Positions 9,087 through 21,791 of a DNA stretch of 64,000 nt are shown piece after piece. Location: positions 96,001 through 160,000 of the forward strand of contig CAXXYE010000008.1 in the NCBI GenBank assembly GCA_963674865.2, written 5' to 3'. Position 1 is the stretch's first letter; each line of letters opens with the position of its first letter. This stretch comes from Candidatus Hydrogenedentota bacterium. Its GTDB lineage: Bacteria > Hydrogenedentota > Hydrogenedentia > Hydrogenedentales > SLHB01. Position numbers and translations under genes: made by a program. The notes beneath the pieces were generated by a model that was not told the origin of the DNA, made no database searches, and was given only the letters and a program-made list of their open reading frames with translations.

Positions 9087-11183
9087 GTGGCACAACGCTA
9101 CACGCTTGAAAAGACCCGTAACATCGGCATCATGGCCCACATCGACGCCGGCAAGACCACCGTCACCGAGCGCGTCTTGTACTATTCCGGTCGAGTGCAC
9201 CGCGTGGGCGAAGTCCACGACGGGACCGCCACCATGGATTACATGGTGCAGGAACGGGAACGCGGCATAACGATTACCTCCGCTGCGACAGCCTGCGAAT
9301 GGCAAGGCTATCGCATCAATATTATCGATACGCCCGGTCACGTTGATTTCACCGCGGAAGTCGAGCGCAGTCTTCGCGTTCTCGACGGTGCGGTGGCGGT
9401 ATTTTGTGGCGTGGCCGGAGTCCAGCCGCAATCCGAGACCGTCTGGCACCAAGCCGAGCGCTATCGCGTACCCCGGATCGCTTTCATTAACAAGATGGAC
9501 CGAATCGGGGCCGATTTCGCCCGGGCAGTTCAGAGCATGCGGGACCGGCTGGGCGTGGCGGTTGCCCCCGTCCAGGTGCCGGTAGGCGCCGAGGACAATT
9601 TCACCGGCGTTATCGATGTGGTTCGCCGCCGAATGATCCGCTGGGAGGGTGAAGGCCTTGATATCGAACAAGTGCTGTCGCCTGTACCAGAGGAATTGCG
9701 CGGGATGTTCGACGAGGCGCGTCACGACCTCTTGGAGGCCCTGGCCGAAGTGGACGAAGCGATCATGGAGAAATACGTCCACGAGGAAGAGGTGTCCGAG
9801 CCGGAACTCATGGCCGCGTTGCGCAAGGCTACACTGTCCGGGGCGATTTGCCCTGTACTGTGCGGCTCCGCCCTCAAGAATAAGGGAACCCGTTTGCTCC
9901 TGGACGCGGTGATTGACTTCCTCCCGTCGCCCATCGATGTGGCTGGGGTCGTAGGTACCGACCCGAGGCACGGCGACCGGGAAGTGAGCAGGGCGCCTGA
10001 TGATTCCGAACCGTTCGCCGCACTGGCCTTCAAGATCCTGACCGATCCGCACGTAGGCCGATTGGTATTCGTGCGTGTCTACTCGGGAGTCGTGAAGGCC
10101 GGCGATTCGGTGCTCAACGTGCGAACGATGAAGCGTGAACGGCTCGGCCGACTGCTTGAGATGCATGCCGACGAACGAACGGACCTCAAGGAGTTGCGTG
10201 CCGGAGACATCGGTGCCGTGATCGGGGCGAAGCAGACCACGACCGGAGACACCCTCTGCGACGCCAAACACCCTGTCTTGCTGGAATCGCTGACGTTCCC
10301 CGAACCGGTTGTCTACATCGCCATCGAGCCCAAGACCAAAGCCGATCAGGACAAGCTGTCCGAGGCGTTGCAGAAGCTCAGCGAAGAAGACCCGACCTTC
10401 CGGGTCAAGGTTGACGCCGAGACGGGCCAGACGATCATCTCAGGGATGGGCGAACTTCATCTCGAGGTCATCATCGACCGGATGCGCCGCGAGTTCGGCG
10501 TTCACGCGAACGTCGGCAAGCCCGTGGTCGCCTATCGGGAGACCATTCGCGAGCGTTGCGAAGCTGAGGCCCGTTTTGTCCGGCAGACCGGCGGGCGTGG
10601 CCAGTATGCGCACGTTGTTCTGGCTCTCGAGCCCGGCGAGCCCGGTTCGCATTTCTCCTTCGAGAATGCGAGTACCGGCGGAGTCGTGCCGAAAGAGTTT
10701 TGGTCATCCATTGAGCGCGGCGCGCGGGAAGCCATCGAGAGCGGCATCGTAACGGGTTATCCCATGGTGGACATTCGCGTTACGCTGCTGGACGGCTCCT
10801 TCCACGAGGTGGATTCCTCGGAGTTGGCTTTCCAGATGGCCGGTGCGATGGCCGCGCGCGAAGCAGCCCCGAAGGGGCATCCCAGGATGCTGGAGCCGGT
10901 GATGCGTGTCGAGGTTGTATGCCCTGACGAATACACCGGCGAGGTTATGAACGATTTTAGCGGTCGTCGGGGTCGCCTCGAAGGGATAGAGCAGGTGGCC
11001 GCCGTCCGCAAGATTTATGCGGTCGTGCCGCTGAGCGAGATGTTTGGCTACGCGAGCGACCTGCGTAGCAAGACGCAGGGACGGGCATCGTACAACATGG
11101 AGTTCTGGCACTACGAAGAGGTCCCGGCCAATATTGCGAACCAGATCATGGAACGCACGGGTAGTTCGTATAGATTCGAGTGA
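9087..11183 (+). CDS. fusA: Elongation factor G
   Basis: [39 protein letters not shown]. Confidence 0.99.
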   Translation: MAQRYTLEKTRNIGIMAHIDAGKTTVTERVLYYSGRVHRVGEVHDGTATMDYMVQERERGITITSAATACEWQGYRINIIDTPGHVDFTAEVERSLRVLDGAVAVFCGVAGVQPQSETVWHQAERYRVPRIAFINKMDRIGADFARAVQSMRDRLGVAVAPVQVPVGAEDNFTGVIDVVRRRMIRWEGEGLDIEQVLSPVPEELRGMFDEARHDLLEALAEVDEAIMEKYVHEEEVSEPELMAALRKATLSGAICPVLCGSALKNKGTRLLLDAVIDFLPSPIDVAGVVGTDPRHGDREVSRAPDDSEPFAALAFKILTDPHVGRLVFVRVYSGVVKAGDSVLNVRTMKRERLGRLLEMHADERTDLKELRAGDIGAVIGAKQTTTGDTLCDAKHPVLLESLTFPEPVVYIAIEPKTKADQDKLSEALQKLSEEDPTFRVKVDAETGQTIISGMGELHLEVIIDRMRREFGVHANVGKPVVAYRETIRERCEAEARFVRQTGGRGQYAHVVLALEPGEPGSHFSFENASTGGVVPKEFWSSIERGAREAIESGIVTGYPMVDIRVTLLDGSFHEVDSSELAFQMAGAMAAREAAPKGHPRMLEPVMRVEVVCPDEYTGEVMNDFSGRRGRLEGIEQVAAVRKIYAVVPLSEMFGYASDLRSKTQGRASYNMEFWHYEEVPANIANQIMERTGSSYRFE

Positions 11184-11260
11184 AATGGTGCTACGGCGCA
11201 AGAGGTAGAACGCGGGCGCATCGGTATTGAGCCGCCGGCGTGGATGCAAGGAGACAGGCG

Positions 11261-12454
<1,194 letters not shown>

Positions 12455-12488
12455 GGTCGGAGTGTAGCGAGGATTTTGGAGAAACCCG

Positions 12489-12797
12489 ATGGGCGAGAAT
12501 AAGATACGCATCAAGCTTAGGGCCTATGATCACCGGCTGCTGGACCAGTCCACGCAGGAGATCTGCACCGCTGCCCGTCGCACGGGTGCCGCAATTAACG
12601 GCCCTGTGCCGCTGCCTACGGGAATCTCGAAGTACACGGTGAACCGCTCGCCGCACATCGATAAGAAGTCGCGCGAGCAGTTTGAGACCCGCACACACAA
12701 GCGATTACTGGATATCGTCAATCCGACGGCGCAGACTGTCGACGCGCTTATGCGCCTCGATCTGCCCGCGGGAGTCGATGTCGAGATTAAACAGTGA
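12489..12797 (+). CDS. rpsJ: 30S ribosomal protein S10
   Basis: [31 protein letters not shown]. Confidence 0.98.
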   Translation: MGENKIRIKLRAYDHRLLDQSTQEICTAARRTGAAINGPVPLPTGISKYTVNRSPHIDKKSREQFETRTHKRLLDIVNPTAQTVDALMRLDLPAGVDVEIKQ

Positions 12798-12868
12798 ACG
12801 GAGCGGCCCGCGCCAGGGGCGGAGGCCGGACCGTTTCATACGTAACGAGTTGCTCAGGAACTGAGATT

Positions 12869-13519
12869 ATGGTTAACGGACTGCTGGGTAAAAAGTTGGG
12901 AATGACCCGCGTGTTCACCGGAGACGGCCGCTGGATCGACGTGACCGTGCTCGAAGCAGGGCCTTGCACCGTCATTCAACGAAAGACCGAGGCCAAGGAT
13001 GGCTATGAGGCGGTTCAGGTTGGATTTGGCGACTTGCAGGAACGCCTCTGCAAGAAGCCACAACAGGGCCATTTTGCCCGTGCCGGTGTTCCCCCGAAAC
13101 GGATGCTGCGCGAGTTCCGCGTTGAGACGGGCAGCGAGTTGAAGCCGGGCGATGAGATAAGCGCCGATATCTTCAGCGTGGGCGACCGCGTCGACATCTC
13201 TGGCGTATCGAAAGGCAAGGGCTTTGCCGGCGTACAGAAGCGCCATGGCTTCGGAGGCGGCCCGGGAGGACACGGCTCCAATTTCCACCGTGCACCAGGC
13301 TCGGTCGGCCAGAGCGCGGATCCGTCGCGTGTTTTCAAGAATAAGCGTATGCCGGGCCGCATGGGCGGCGTGCGCGTGACGACAGAGAATCTCGAGGTAG
13401 TGAACGTGGATCCCACCAAGAACCTCCTTGTGGTTCGTGGCTCGGTCCCGGGTGCGAACGGCGGCGTGATCGTCGTTCGGAGATCGGGCCACGCCACGCT
13501 GAAAGGAGCCAAGAAATAG
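12869..13519 (+). CDS. rplC: 50S ribosomal protein L3
   Basis: GLLGKKLGMT, KGKGFAGVQKRH, HRAPGSVG. Confidence 0.98.
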   Translation: MVNGLLGKKLGMTRVFTGDGRWIDVTVLEAGPCTVIQRKTEAKDGYEAVQVGFGDLQERLCKKPQQGHFARAGVPPKRMLREFRVETGSELKPGDEISADIFSVGDRVDISGVSKGKGFAGVQKRHGFGGGPGGHGSNFHRAPGSVGQSADPSRVFKNKRMPGRMGGVRVTTENLEVVNVDPTKNLLVVRGSVPGANGGVIVVRRSGHATLKGAKK

Positions 13520-13521
13520 CG

Positions 13522-14175
13522 ATGTCTTCCGTTAAGCTACTGAAAAGCGACGGTACGCAGGCGGGCTCCGTCGAGCTATCCGACAAGGTCTTCGATGCGC
13601 CGCAGAATGCGGGCCTCGTACACGAAGTGGCCGTGGCGCTTCAAAATGCTCGCCGTCAAGGTAACGCCGAAACGAAGACCCGCAGCGAAGTCCGTGGCGG
13701 CGGCCGGAAGCCCTTCCGGCAGAAAGGTACCGGCCGTGCCCGGCAAGGCAGCTCACGAGAGCCGCAGATGCGCGGCGGCGGTGCCGTCTTCGGCCCGCAC
13801 AAGCGCAGCTACCGCCAGAAGGTGACACCGGCATTGCGCCGCAGGGCGCTTTGCTGTGTCTTGAGCGCGCGGCGGCGTGGCGACGCGCTGTGCGTCCTGG
13901 AGAACCTCGCGTGCCCTGAGCCCCGAACGAAGCCGTTCCGGACGTTGGTAGATGCCGTATCCCCTGATGGCAAGTCGACGCTCTTCGTGACGGCCAATGC
14001 GGACAGGAATGTCCTTCTGTCGTCCCGGAACCTCCCCAGGATTTCAGTGACCACCGCGAGTGATTTGAATGCGCTGGACGTGCTCAATGCGGGGCGCGTG
14101 ATTCTCGTGCACGACGCGGTTTCGGCGCTGGAAGCGCGCCTGACTCCGGCGGCGCGGCAGGAGGCCGATTCATGA
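13522..14175 (+). CDS. rplD: 50S ribosomal protein L4
   Basis: TKTRSEVRGGGRKPFRQKGTGRARQGS. Confidence 0.98.
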   Translation: MSSVKLLKSDGTQAGSVELSDKVFDAPQNAGLVHEVAVALQNARRQGNAETKTRSEVRGGGRKPFRQKGTGRARQGSSREPQMRGGGAVFGPHKRSYRQKVTPALRRRALCCVLSARRRGDALCVLENLACPEPRTKPFRTLVDAVSPDGKSTLFVTANADRNVLLSSRNLPRISVTTASDLNALDVLNAGRVILVHDAVSALEARLTPAARQEADS

Positions 14176-14462
14176 AGAACGACCCCATGTACATTATCAA
14201 GGCGCCGGTAATTACCGAAGAGTCCACGCTGCAAACGCAGACGCGCAACAAGTATGCGTTTAAGGTGGACCCGCGAGCCAACAAGCGGCAGATACGCGAC
14301 GCGGTTGAGAAGCTGTTCAATGTTAAGGTGCTCGCGGTCAATACGATGAACTACACCGGCAAGCTGGCGGGCCGTCGAGGCAGGGCCATTCCCGGCCGCC
14401 GGGCCGCCTGGAAAAAGGCTGTAGTTACCCTGCAGCAGGGCGACTCGATCGATTTGATCTAG
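14172..14462 (+). CDS. rplW: 50S ribosomal protein L23
   Basis: [24 protein letters not shown]. Confidence 0.97.
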   Translation: MKNDPMYIIKAPVITEESTLQTQTRNKYAFKVDPRANKRQIRDAVEKLFNVKVLAVNTMNYTGKLAGRRGRAIPGRRAAWKKAVVTLQQGDSIDLI

Positions 14463-14475
14463 GGAGTCGAAGGCA

Positions 14476-15303
14476 ATGGCGACAAAGAAATACAAGCCCA
14501 CAACCCCCGGGCAGCGGTTTAAGAGCGTGGCGGATTTTTCCGGCTTGACCGAGAAGCGGCCGGAAAAGGCTCTCACCAAAGGCAATCCGAAGAACGCCGG
14601 ACGTAACAATCAGGGCCGTATCACCATGCGCCGCCGTGGCGGCGGGCACAAGCGGCTCTACCGCGACATTGATTTCCGCCGCGACAAGGACGGCGTGCCG
14701 GGCCGCGTGACGAGCATCGAGTACGACCCAAACCGCTCTGCGCGTATTGCGTTGCTTGTCTATGCTGATGGCGAGAAACGTTATATTCTCGCACCGAACG
14801 GCCTCACCGTGGGTATGACCCTGGTGAGCGGCCCAACGGCCGATTTCCAGGTAGGCAACACACTGCCCCTCGAACGCATTCCGTTGGGCACTACGGTGCA
14901 CAATGTTGAGCTTGTGCCTGGGAAGGGCGGCCAACTCGCCCGCTCGGCCGGGAATGCCTGCCAGCTTCTGGCCAAAGAAGGCCGCTTTGCCGCACTGCGC
15001 CTGCCCTCGGGAGAGATGCGGCGGGTCTTGGTGACGTGCCGGGCCACCGTCGGCCAGGTAGGTAATGAAGACCACGTGAATATCAGTTTGGGCAAAGCCG
15101 GGCGCTCGCGTTGGCTGGGCAAACGCCCCAAAGTCCGCGGCGTCGTTATGAACCCCGTGGACCATCCCCACGGGGGCGGAGAAGGTCGGACATCCGGTGG
15201 CCGGCATCCCGTTACGCCATGGGGCGTACCTACCAAAGGGTACAGGACCCGGAAGAAGAACCACCGGACGAACCAATATATCATCCGCCGGCGGAAGGCT
15301 TAG
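14476..15303 (+). CDS. rplB: 50S ribosomal protein L2
   Basis: [26 protein letters not shown]. Confidence 0.99.
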   Translation: MATKKYKPTTPGQRFKSVADFSGLTEKRPEKALTKGNPKNAGRNNQGRITMRRRGGGHKRLYRDIDFRRDKDGVPGRVTSIEYDPNRSARIALLVYADGEKRYILAPNGLTVGMTLVSGPTADFQVGNTLPLERIPLGTTVHNVELVPGKGGQLARSAGNACQLLAKEGRFAALRLPSGEMRRVLVTCRATVGQVGNEDHVNISLGKAGRSRWLGKRPKVRGVVMNPVDHPHGGGEGRTSGGRHPVTPWGVPTKGYRTRKKNHRTNQYIIRRRKA

Positions 15304-15358
15304 GCGTTCCGGCGTCGGCGTGGAAACGGCAATTAGACGGATTTAGGAGACAGCAACT

Positions 15359-15628
15359 GTGGCACGGTCAGTGAAGAAGGGCCCGTTTGTTGACGAGCAT
15401 TTGCTGGAGAAAGTCGACCGCCAGCGGCGAAGCGGCGATCACCGCGTCATCCGCACATGGTCCCGCCGGTCCACGGTGGTGCCTGAAATGGTGGGCTTGA
15501 CGTTGGCAGTGCACAACGGCCAGAAGTTCTTGCCCGTGTTTGTCACGGAGAACATGGTGGGCCACAAGCTGGGCGAGTTCGCGCCAACCCGGACGTTCCG
15601 GGCGCACGCGGGCTCCAGAGCGCGCTAG
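15359..15628 (+). CDS. rpsS: 30S ribosomal protein S19
   Basis: [26 protein letters not shown]. Confidence 0.98.
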   Translation: MARSVKKGPFVDEHLLEKVDRQRRSGDHRVIRTWSRRSTVVPEMVGLTLAVHNGQKFLPVFVTENMVGHKLGEFAPTRTFRAHAGSRAR

Positions 15629-15658
15629 GCCGCGCTGGATTTTCGGGAGGTTTACGGC

Positions 15659-16009
15659 ATGGCGTCTGCGGTAGCACGAGTCCGATTCTTGCGAATCGCG
15701 CCGAGAAAGGTCCGTCTTGTGGCGGATCTGATCCGCGGCAAGAAAGTGGCGGACGCACGTGACACCCTTGCGATAACGACTAAAGTGGCGGCCAAGGCCA
15801 TGGGTAAGGTGCTCGCGTCGGCGGTGGCGAACGCCGAAAGCGTTGCGACTGAGCACCGTGAGCGCGTCGATACGGACGAGATGGTTGTCCGCATGGTTCG
15901 CGTGGACGGCGGCCCGACACGTCGGGCGTACCAGGTAGCCGCCCGAGGCCGCGTAGTTCGGATTCGCAAGCGTACGAGTCACATTGAACTCCGAATTAGC
16001 GACGAGTAG
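15659..16009 (+). CDS. rplV: 50S ribosomal protein L22
   Basis: PRKVRLVADLIRGK, SAVANA, RKRTSHI. Confidence 0.97.
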   Translation: MASAVARVRFLRIAPRKVRLVADLIRGKKVADARDTLAITTKVAAKAMGKVLASAVANAESVATEHRERVDTDEMVVRMVRVDGGPTRRAYQVAARGRVVRIRKRTSHIELRISDE

Positions 16010-16021
16010 AGGAGAATACAG

Positions 16022-16723
16022 GTGGGTCAAAAGGTTCATCCTATCGGGTTTCGCGTAGGCGTGATTCGTAGCTGGAGTTCACTCTGGTACGCCAACCGCA
16101 ACTACGCCGAACTCCTCCACGAAGACCTGAAGCTGCGCGACTATGTGAAGCGGCGCCTGTATCATACTGGTGTCGCCAAGGTGGATATTGAGCGGGCCGG
16201 GCGCAAGGCGAAGGTGCACATCTACACGGCCCGTCCCGGTCTCGTAATCGGCCAGCGCGGGTCCGAGGTCGACAAGCTCCGTTACGAGCTTGAGCAGTTG
16301 ACCGGGCGCGAGCTTCTGATCAACATCCACGAAGTCATCAGCCCTGAGTTGAGCGCTCAGTTGGTCGCCGAGAATATTGCGGGCCAGTTGCAGCGCCGGA
16401 TCTCCTTCCGCCGCGCCATGAAGAAGGCTGTGCAGAGCACGATGCGCCTCGGCGCGCGCGGCATCCGTATCCGTGTAGCAGGTCGGCTTAATGGGGCCGA
16501 GATTGCCCGCGCCGAGCAGGCGCGTGAGGGCAGCGTCCCTCTTCACACATTACGAGCTAACGTCGATTACGGTTTCGCCGTCAGCCACACCACGTATGGA
16601 TGCATTGGCGTGAAGTGTTGGCTCTATCTTGGCGACGTAATGGCCGGCGAAGTGGCCCAGGGACCCGGTGCCGAAGAGGGAACCTTGGGTCGGCGTGAGC
16701 GGGCCGGCCGACGCGGCCGATAA
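16022..16723 (+). CDS. rpsC: 30S ribosomal protein S3
   Basis: [27 protein letters not shown]. Confidence 0.98.
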   Translation: MGQKVHPIGFRVGVIRSWSSLWYANRNYAELLHEDLKLRDYVKRRLYHTGVAKVDIERAGRKAKVHIYTARPGLVIGQRGSEVDKLRYELEQLTGRELLINIHEVISPELSAQLVAENIAGQLQRRISFRRAMKKAVQSTMRLGARGIRIRVAGRLNGAEIARAEQAREGSVPLHTLRANVDYGFAVSHTTYGCIGVKCWLYLGDVMAGEVAQGPGAEEGTLGRRERAGRRGR

Positions 16724-16737
16724 TTGGAGTAAGAGCC

Positions 16738-17145
16738 ATGTTGATGCCGAAGCGAGTTAAACACCGTAAGCAGCAGCGAGGCCGGCGCGCCGGTGCCAGC
16801 AAAGGCGGCTGCAAAGTGGACTTTGGCGAATACGGAATGAAAGCTATGAACACGGGCTGGCTGACGGCACGTCAGATCGAAGCCGCCCGTATTGCCTTGA
16901 CCCGGCACACACGCCGTGGTGGCAAAGTGTGGATCCGCGTGTTCCCCGACAAGCCGATCACGAAGAAGCCCGCCGAAGTCCGCATGGGCAAAGGCAAGGG
17001 CGCGCCCGAGGAATGGGTGGCCGTGGTGAAGCCGGGTCGGATGGTTTTCGAGATCGAAGGCGTGTCGGAAGAACTTGCGCGGGAAGCCGTGCGTTTGGCC
17101 GGACACAAGCTCCCGCTCACGACCAAGTTCGTTAAGCGGGTATAG
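16738..17145 (+). CDS. rplP: 50S ribosomal protein L16
   Basis: [20 protein letters not shown]. Confidence 0.98.
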   Translation: MLMPKRVKHRKQQRGRRAGASKGGCKVDFGEYGMKAMNTGWLTARQIEAARIALTRHTRRGGKVWIRVFPDKPITKKPAEVRMGKGKGAPEEWVAVVKPGRMVFEIEGVSEELAREAVRLAGHKLPLTTKFVKRV

Positions 17146-17214
17146 GTGCGACGACGAGGCCCGACACGATGCCGATGGCGTCGGGGCCGAGAGCGTCAGT
17201 GACGGAGATGGAGC

Positions 17215-17424
17215 GTGAAAGCGACAGAACTGCGAGAACTGCGCGATGAAGAGTTGCAGCAGCGCCTGCGCGAGCGAATGGACGACCTTGTGTCCTTTCG
17301 GATGCAGTCGGTGACGGGCACGGTCGACAACGTTCGGGGTGCACGCAACGCCCGGCGCGACATCGCTCGCATCAAAACGATCCTGCGCGAGCGAGCGCTG
17401 GCGGCAGACGGAGGTGCCCAGTAA
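17215..17424 (+). CDS. rpmC: 50S ribosomal protein L29
   Basis: KATELRE...RRDIARIKT; position in operon. Confidence 0.95.
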   Translation: MKATELRELRDEELQQRLRERMDDLVSFRMQSVTGTVDNVRGARNARRDIARIKTILRERALAADGGAQ

Positions 17425-17426
17425 GC

Positions 17427-17684
17427 ATGCAAGAACGTGGTGCTGCGAAAGAGCGAGTAGGACTCGTGACGAGTTCCGCGATGAATAAGACCATCACGGT
17501 GGCCGTCGAGCGCACGGCGGAGCACGCCCTGTACAAGAAGCCCATCAAGCGCACGAAGAAATTCAAGGCGCATGATGAAGCAAGCGATGCCAACGTGGGC
17601 GATCTGGTCCGCATTCGGGAAACGCGCCCCGTGAGCAAGACGAAACGGTGGCGCCTCGTGGAGATACTCAAGCGGGCGGACTAG
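17427..17684 (+). CDS. rpsQ: 30S ribosomal protein S17
   Basis: [23 protein letters not shown]. Confidence 0.97.
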   Translation: MQERGAAKERVGLVTSSAMNKTITVAVERTAEHALYKKPIKRTKKFKAHDEASDANVGDLVRIRETRPVSKTKRWRLVEILKRAD

Positions 17685-17707
17685 GCCCAGCGTCAAGGAA
17701 GAATGGG

Positions 17708-18076
17708 ATGATCCAGATTTACTCCAATCTCGACGTGGCCGATAATTCCGGCGCTCGACGCATCCGTTGCATCCAGGTAATGGGTGGTTCGAAGCGGCGT
17801 TACGCCAGCGTCGGCGACATCATAACGGCTACGGTTAAGGAGGCCTTGCCCAACTCCGGCGTGAAGAAGGGCGAAGTCGTCAAAGCGGTGGTAGTGCGCA
17901 CCAAGCAGGACACGCAACGCCCCGACGGTACCGTCATTCGCTTCGACTCGAATGCGGCGGTGCTAATCAACCCGGCGAAGGAGCCTCGCGGAACGCGAAT
18001 CTTCGGGCCCGTGCCCCGGGAACTGCGCGAGAAGGGTTTCATGCGCATCGTTTCCCTGGCTCCCGAAGTGGTATAG
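17708..18076 (+). CDS. rplN: 50S ribosomal protein L14
   Basis: MIQ...[21 protein letters not shown]. Confidence 0.98.
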   Translation: MIQIYSNLDVADNSGARRIRCIQVMGGSKRRYASVGDIITATVKEALPNSGVKKGEVVKAVVVRTKQDTQRPDGTVIRFDSNAAVLINPAKEPRGTRIFGPVPRELREKGFMRIVSLAPEVV

Positions 18077-18077
18077 G

Positions 18078-18401
18078 GTGAGAACGGTGAACATCAAGAA
18101 GAACGATACGGTCGTCGTCATCCAAGGCAAGTATAAGGGCCGCCGAGGCCGTGTACTTCGCGTTTATCCGAAAGACCAACGAGTCTTGGTCGAAGGCGTT
18201 AACATGATGAAACGCCACACGCGGCCCAGCACGACGAGTCAACAGGGCGGCATTGTCGAGAGGGAAGCGCCGATTCACATCTCCAACGTGATGCCGTGGT
18301 GCAGCGCCGCCGAACGCCCATCGAAGATCGTCAGAAAACGCCTTGAGGACGGCACCCGCGTCCGAATGTACAAGGTCAACGGCGAGACCCTGAATGAGTA
18401 G
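18078..18401 (+). CDS. rplX: 50S ribosomal protein L24
   Basis: [27 protein letters not shown]. Confidence 0.97.
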   Translation: MRTVNIKKNDTVVVIQGKYKGRRGRVLRVYPKDQRVLVEGVNMMKRHTRPSTTSQQGGIVEREAPIHISNVMPWCSAAERPSKIVRKRLEDGTRVRMYKVNGETLNE

Positions 18402-18497
18402 AAGAAGCGACGGGATGAGCCGCCGCTCGAGAGTGGGGTCCGCCGGCGACGGCCTCCGCCCTTTGCAGGGAGGAAGGACTCCTAAGGAAGGTATATC

Positions 18498-19043
18498 GTG
18501 GCGCCGAGACTGAAAGAACACTACCGGAAGAGCATCGTGCCCGAGATGTTGGCGGAGTTTAAGTACGCCAATGTCATGGAAGTTCCCGTGCTCGAGAAGA
18601 TCGTGGTGAACATGGGCGTTGGCGACGGGCAGTCCGACCCGCGCATGATGGACGCGGCCATGGCGGAGCTGGCCCAGATTACCGGCCAGAAGCCGAGTAT
18701 ACGTCGAGCCAGGCGTTCTATCGCGAGCTTCAAGGTTCGAGAGGGCGCGCAGATTGGCTGTATGGTTACGCTGCGCGGCAACCGGATGTACGAGTTCATG
18801 GACCGGCTCTTGAGCATCGCGGTCCCCCGTATCCGCGACTTTCGTGGCCTGCCTCCTCGGAGTTTCGACCGAGCCGGCAACTACACCATAGGACTCCGTG
18901 AACAGCTGATCTTCCCCGAGATTGATATCGATTCTGTCGCGCGAGTCCGCGGAATGAATATCACCTTCGTGATCAAGAACTCGGACTCGACTGACCAGAG
19001 CCGGGAATTACTGCGCAAATTCGGGATGCCGTTCCGGCGTTAG
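18498..19043 (+). CDS. rplE: 50S ribosomal protein L5
   Basis: [23 protein letters not shown]. Confidence 0.98.
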   Translation: MAPRLKEHYRKSIVPEMLAEFKYANVMEVPVLEKIVVNMGVGDGQSDPRMMDAAMAELAQITGQKPSIRRARRSIASFKVREGAQIGCMVTLRGNRMYEFMDRLLSIAVPRIRDFRGLPPRSFDRAGNYTIGLREQLIFPEIDIDSVARVRGMNITFVIKNSDSTDQSRELLRKFGMPFRR

Positions 19044-19080
19044 CCCCGGGCGGCCGCTGCCGGGCAGTGAGGAGAGTGTC

Positions 19081-19266
19081 GTGGCGAAGAAATCGCTTAT
19101 AGCAAAATGCCGACGCCAGCCAAAGTTCAAGGTGCGCACCTATAATCGGTGTCGCATTTGCGGACGGCCGCGCGGCTACATGCGGAAGTTCCAGATTTGC
19201 CGGATTTGTTTCCGGAACTTGGCGCTTGAAGGAAAGCTGCCGGGCGTAACGAAGTCCAGCTGGTAG
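19081..19266 (+). CDS. rpsN: 30S ribosomal protein S14 (zinc-binding type Z)
   Basis: RCRICGRPR...CRICFR...PGVTKSSW. Confidence 0.97.
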   Translation: MAKKSLIAKCRRQPKFKVRTYNRCRICGRPRGYMRKFQICRICFRNLALEGKLPGVTKSSW

Positions 19267-19285
19267 CGGCAGAGGAAGACCAACG

Positions 19286-19684
19286 ATGGCGATGAACGAT
19301 CCCATTGCGGACATGTTGACGCGTCTCAGAAATACCCTTAGCGCAGGCCACGCGACCGTCAAGGTCCCTGCCTCGCGCGTCAAGACGGACATCTGCAAAG
19401 TCCTGAAACAGGAAGGTTATATCCAGGACTTTTCGCTCGAGGAGGCCGGGACTCGTGGCGTGCTGCACGTCACGCTCAAGTATGCTCCCGACCGCTCCTC
19501 CGTGATCAGCGGATTACGGCGAGTGAGCAAGCCCAGTCTCCGCGTGTACGTGCGCAGTGGAGAGATCAGGCCTGTTCAGAGCGGCCTGGGTATTTCCGTT
19601 GTAAGCACGTCGCAAGGCGTCATGACGGGCAAGCAGGCCCGTCAGGCCAAGATAGGCGGCGAGGTGCTCTGTGAAGTCTGGTAG
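19286..19684 (+). CDS. rpsH: 30S ribosomal protein S8
   Basis: DPIADMLTRLRN, RVSKPSLRVY, GGEVLC. Confidence 0.98.
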   Translation: MAMNDPIADMLTRLRNTLSAGHATVKVPASRVKTDICKVLKQEGYIQDFSLEEAGTRGVLHVTLKYAPDRSSVISGLRRVSKPSLRVYVRSGEIRPVQSGLGISVVSTSQGVMTGKQARQAKIGGEVLCEVW

Positions 19685-19714
19685 CCGGAGCTTTCCGCGA
19701 AAGGAAGATGAACG

Positions 19715-20254
19715 GTGTCTCGAATAGGCAGAATGCCGGTTCCCCTCCCAGCAGGGGTGAAATGTGAGTTGTCCGGAACAACGCTGACGGTCAAAGGCCC
19801 GAAAGGCGCATTGACACGCGACCTTTCTCCGGCCATGACGATTGCCCTCGAGGACAGCCAAGTGGTGGTTACGCGCCCGAGCGACCGGCCCGATCACCGG
19901 GCACTTCATGGCCTGACACGGGCCCTGATTAACAACATGGTCCTCGGCGTGACCGAGGGATTTGAGCGTGTGCTTGAGATCCAGGGCGTCGGGTACCGTG
20001 CCTCCCTGCAGGGCAAGGCTCTCAACCTGATGCTTGGACTGAGCCATCCCCTCGTCATTGAGCCGCCCGAGGGCATCACGTTTGCGGTCGAGGGCACGCA
20101 GGTCATCAAGATCCAAGGCATCGATAAGGAACTTGTGGGGCAGACTGCGGCCGATGTCCGCGCGTGGCGTCCGCCGGAACCCTACAAAGGCAAAGGAATC
20201 CGATACCGAGATGAGTATGTCCGCCGCAAAGTCGGCAAGGCCGGTGTGAAGTAA
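19715..20254 (+). CDS. rplF: 50S ribosomal protein L6
   Basis: SRIGRMPV, RPPEPYKGKGIRY. Confidence 0.98.
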   Translation: MSRIGRMPVPLPAGVKCELSGTTLTVKGPKGALTRDLSPAMTIALEDSQVVVTRPSDRPDHRALHGLTRALINNMVLGVTEGFERVLEIQGVGYRASLQGKALNLMLGLSHPLVIEPPEGITFAVEGTQVIKIQGIDKELVGQTAADVRAWRPPEPYKGKGIRYRDEYVRRKVGKAGVK

Positions 20255-20316
20255 TTACGCCTTCCTGCTATGTTTTGCGGTGAGTAACGCAACTGCTTGC
20301 GCAAGGAAAGACATCC

Positions 20317-20670
20317 ATGGCCAATAGCAACTACAAGACGCGGATGCTGGCCCGGCGCCGACTGCGCGTCCGGAAGAAGATCACGGGCGATGCCGGGCGA
20401 CCTCGCCTGTCGGTGTACCGGTCGCTCCGGCACATATATGCCCAGATCATTGATGATTCGTCCGGCCAAACGCTCGCAGCCACGTCGTCCTTGGCCCTCA
20501 AGATTTCCGGCAGCAACATGGCGGCGGCGCGATCCGTTGGACAGGCGCTTGCTGAACAGGCCAAGGCCAAGTCGATTGGCCGTGTGCGGTTTGATCGCGC
20601 CGGACGGCTTTTCCATGGGCGCGTGAAGGCGCTTGCGGATGCGGCCCGCGAAGGCGGACTCGAATTCTAG
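20317..20670 (+). CDS. rplR: 50S ribosomal protein L18
   Basis: [28 protein letters not shown]. Confidence 0.97.
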   Translation: MANSNYKTRMLARRRLRVRKKITGDAGRPRLSVYRSLRHIYAQIIDDSSGQTLAATSSLALKISGSNMAAARSVGQALAEQAKAKSIGRVRFDRAGRLFHGRVKALADAAREGGLEF

Positions 20671-20706
20671 TTACATGGCCCAAGTGGCCCCCGGAGGAGA
20701 CACGGT

Positions 20707-21243
20707 TTGAGCACAGTCGGTACGAGACGGGATAGCCGAGGCGACAGTCGTTCCCGAGACCAGGAAGAGAACAGCTTCATCGAACACGTGGTAAAGATCT
20801 ACCGCGTGGCGAAGGTTGTTAAGGGCGGCCGCCGCTTCAACTTCAGCGCCGTGGTCGTCGTCGGCGACGGCGAAGGCAAGGTTGGCGCGGCCATGGGCAA
20901 GGCCGCCGAAGTGCCCGAAGCCATTCGCAAGGGCATCGAGAAGGCCCGGAAAACCATGAAACCCGTGCCTATCGTCAGCACGACCATTCCGCACGAGATC
21001 GTTGGCCGTGCCGATGCGGCCTCCGTCTTGCTCAAGCCCGCCTCATTGGGTACGGGTATTGTAGCGGGCGGCCCAGTGCGCGCCGTGCTCGAAGCCGCGG
21101 GATATCAGAACGTGCTGACGAAGTCCCTCGGGTCCAATAATGCCACCAATGTGGTATGGGCCACTTTGGAGGGCCTGCGTCGCCTGAAGACCGCGGAAGA
21201 AATTGCGTCCCTACGTGGACGCGAAGTCAGCGAAGTGTTGTAG
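20707..21243 (+). CDS. rpsE: 30S ribosomal protein S5
   Basis: [22 protein letters not shown]. Confidence 0.98.
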   Translation: MSTVGTRRDSRGDSRSRDQEENSFIEHVVKIYRVAKVVKGGRRFNFSAVVVVGDGEGKVGAAMGKAAEVPEAIRKGIEKARKTMKPVPIVSTTIPHEIVGRADAASVLLKPASLGTGIVAGGPVRAVLEAAGYQNVLTKSLGSNNATNVVWATLEGLRRLKTAEEIASLRGREVSEVL

Positions 21244-21296
21244 TGGCCGGACGCGGCGCAGTCGCCGCGACCGAGACGAGTAAGGAATGGTTCAGG

Positions 21297-21791
21297 ATGG
21301 ATTCAAGCACGCTTAAGGCGGCACCCGGCGCTCATAAGGCGCGCAGGCGCGTCGGCCGGGGCCCGGGTTCCGGCTCCGGCAAGACCTCCGGCCGTGGTCA
21401 CAAGGGCCAGAAATCCCGCTCCGGTTACTCCCGGAGGGGCGGATTCGAAGGGGGGCAGATGCCCCTGCATCGGCGCCTGCCGAAGCGCGGCTTCAAACAT
21501 CAGGACCGCTTCCCTTGCGCGGTCGTCAACCTGGACGCCCTCGACCAGGCCTTTGAGGCCGGTCAGGAGGTCACGCCGGAAGCTGTGTTGCGCGCCGGTC
21601 TTGTCAAGGCACGCAAAGGAGGCGTGAAGGTCCTCGGGCGAGGCGAAGTCACGAAGGGACTGACGGTCCGTGTGAACTGTGTCAGTGCGTCCGCCCGCGC
21701 AAAGATCGAGGCTGCCGGTGGGCGTGTCGAACTGATTGCCCCCCCCGAGGCGGCCGCGGGCAAGAAGAGCAGGTCCGGAGAGGAGCGATAG
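21297..21791 (+). CDS. rplO: 50S ribosomal protein L15
   Basis: [36 protein letters not shown]. Confidence 0.97.
   Translation: MDSSTLKAAPGAHKARRRVGRGPGSGSGKTSGRGHKGQKSRSGYSRRGGFEGGQMPLHRRLPKRGFKHQDRFPCAVVNLDALDQAFEAGQEVTPEAVLRAGLVKARKGGVKVLGRGEVTKGLTVRVNCVSASARAKIEAAGGRVELIAPPEAAAGKKSRSGEER

Noticed and set aside
20297..20626. Overlapping 109-aa ORF on rplR
   Set aside because: Alternative frame of a confidently identified ribosomal protein gene
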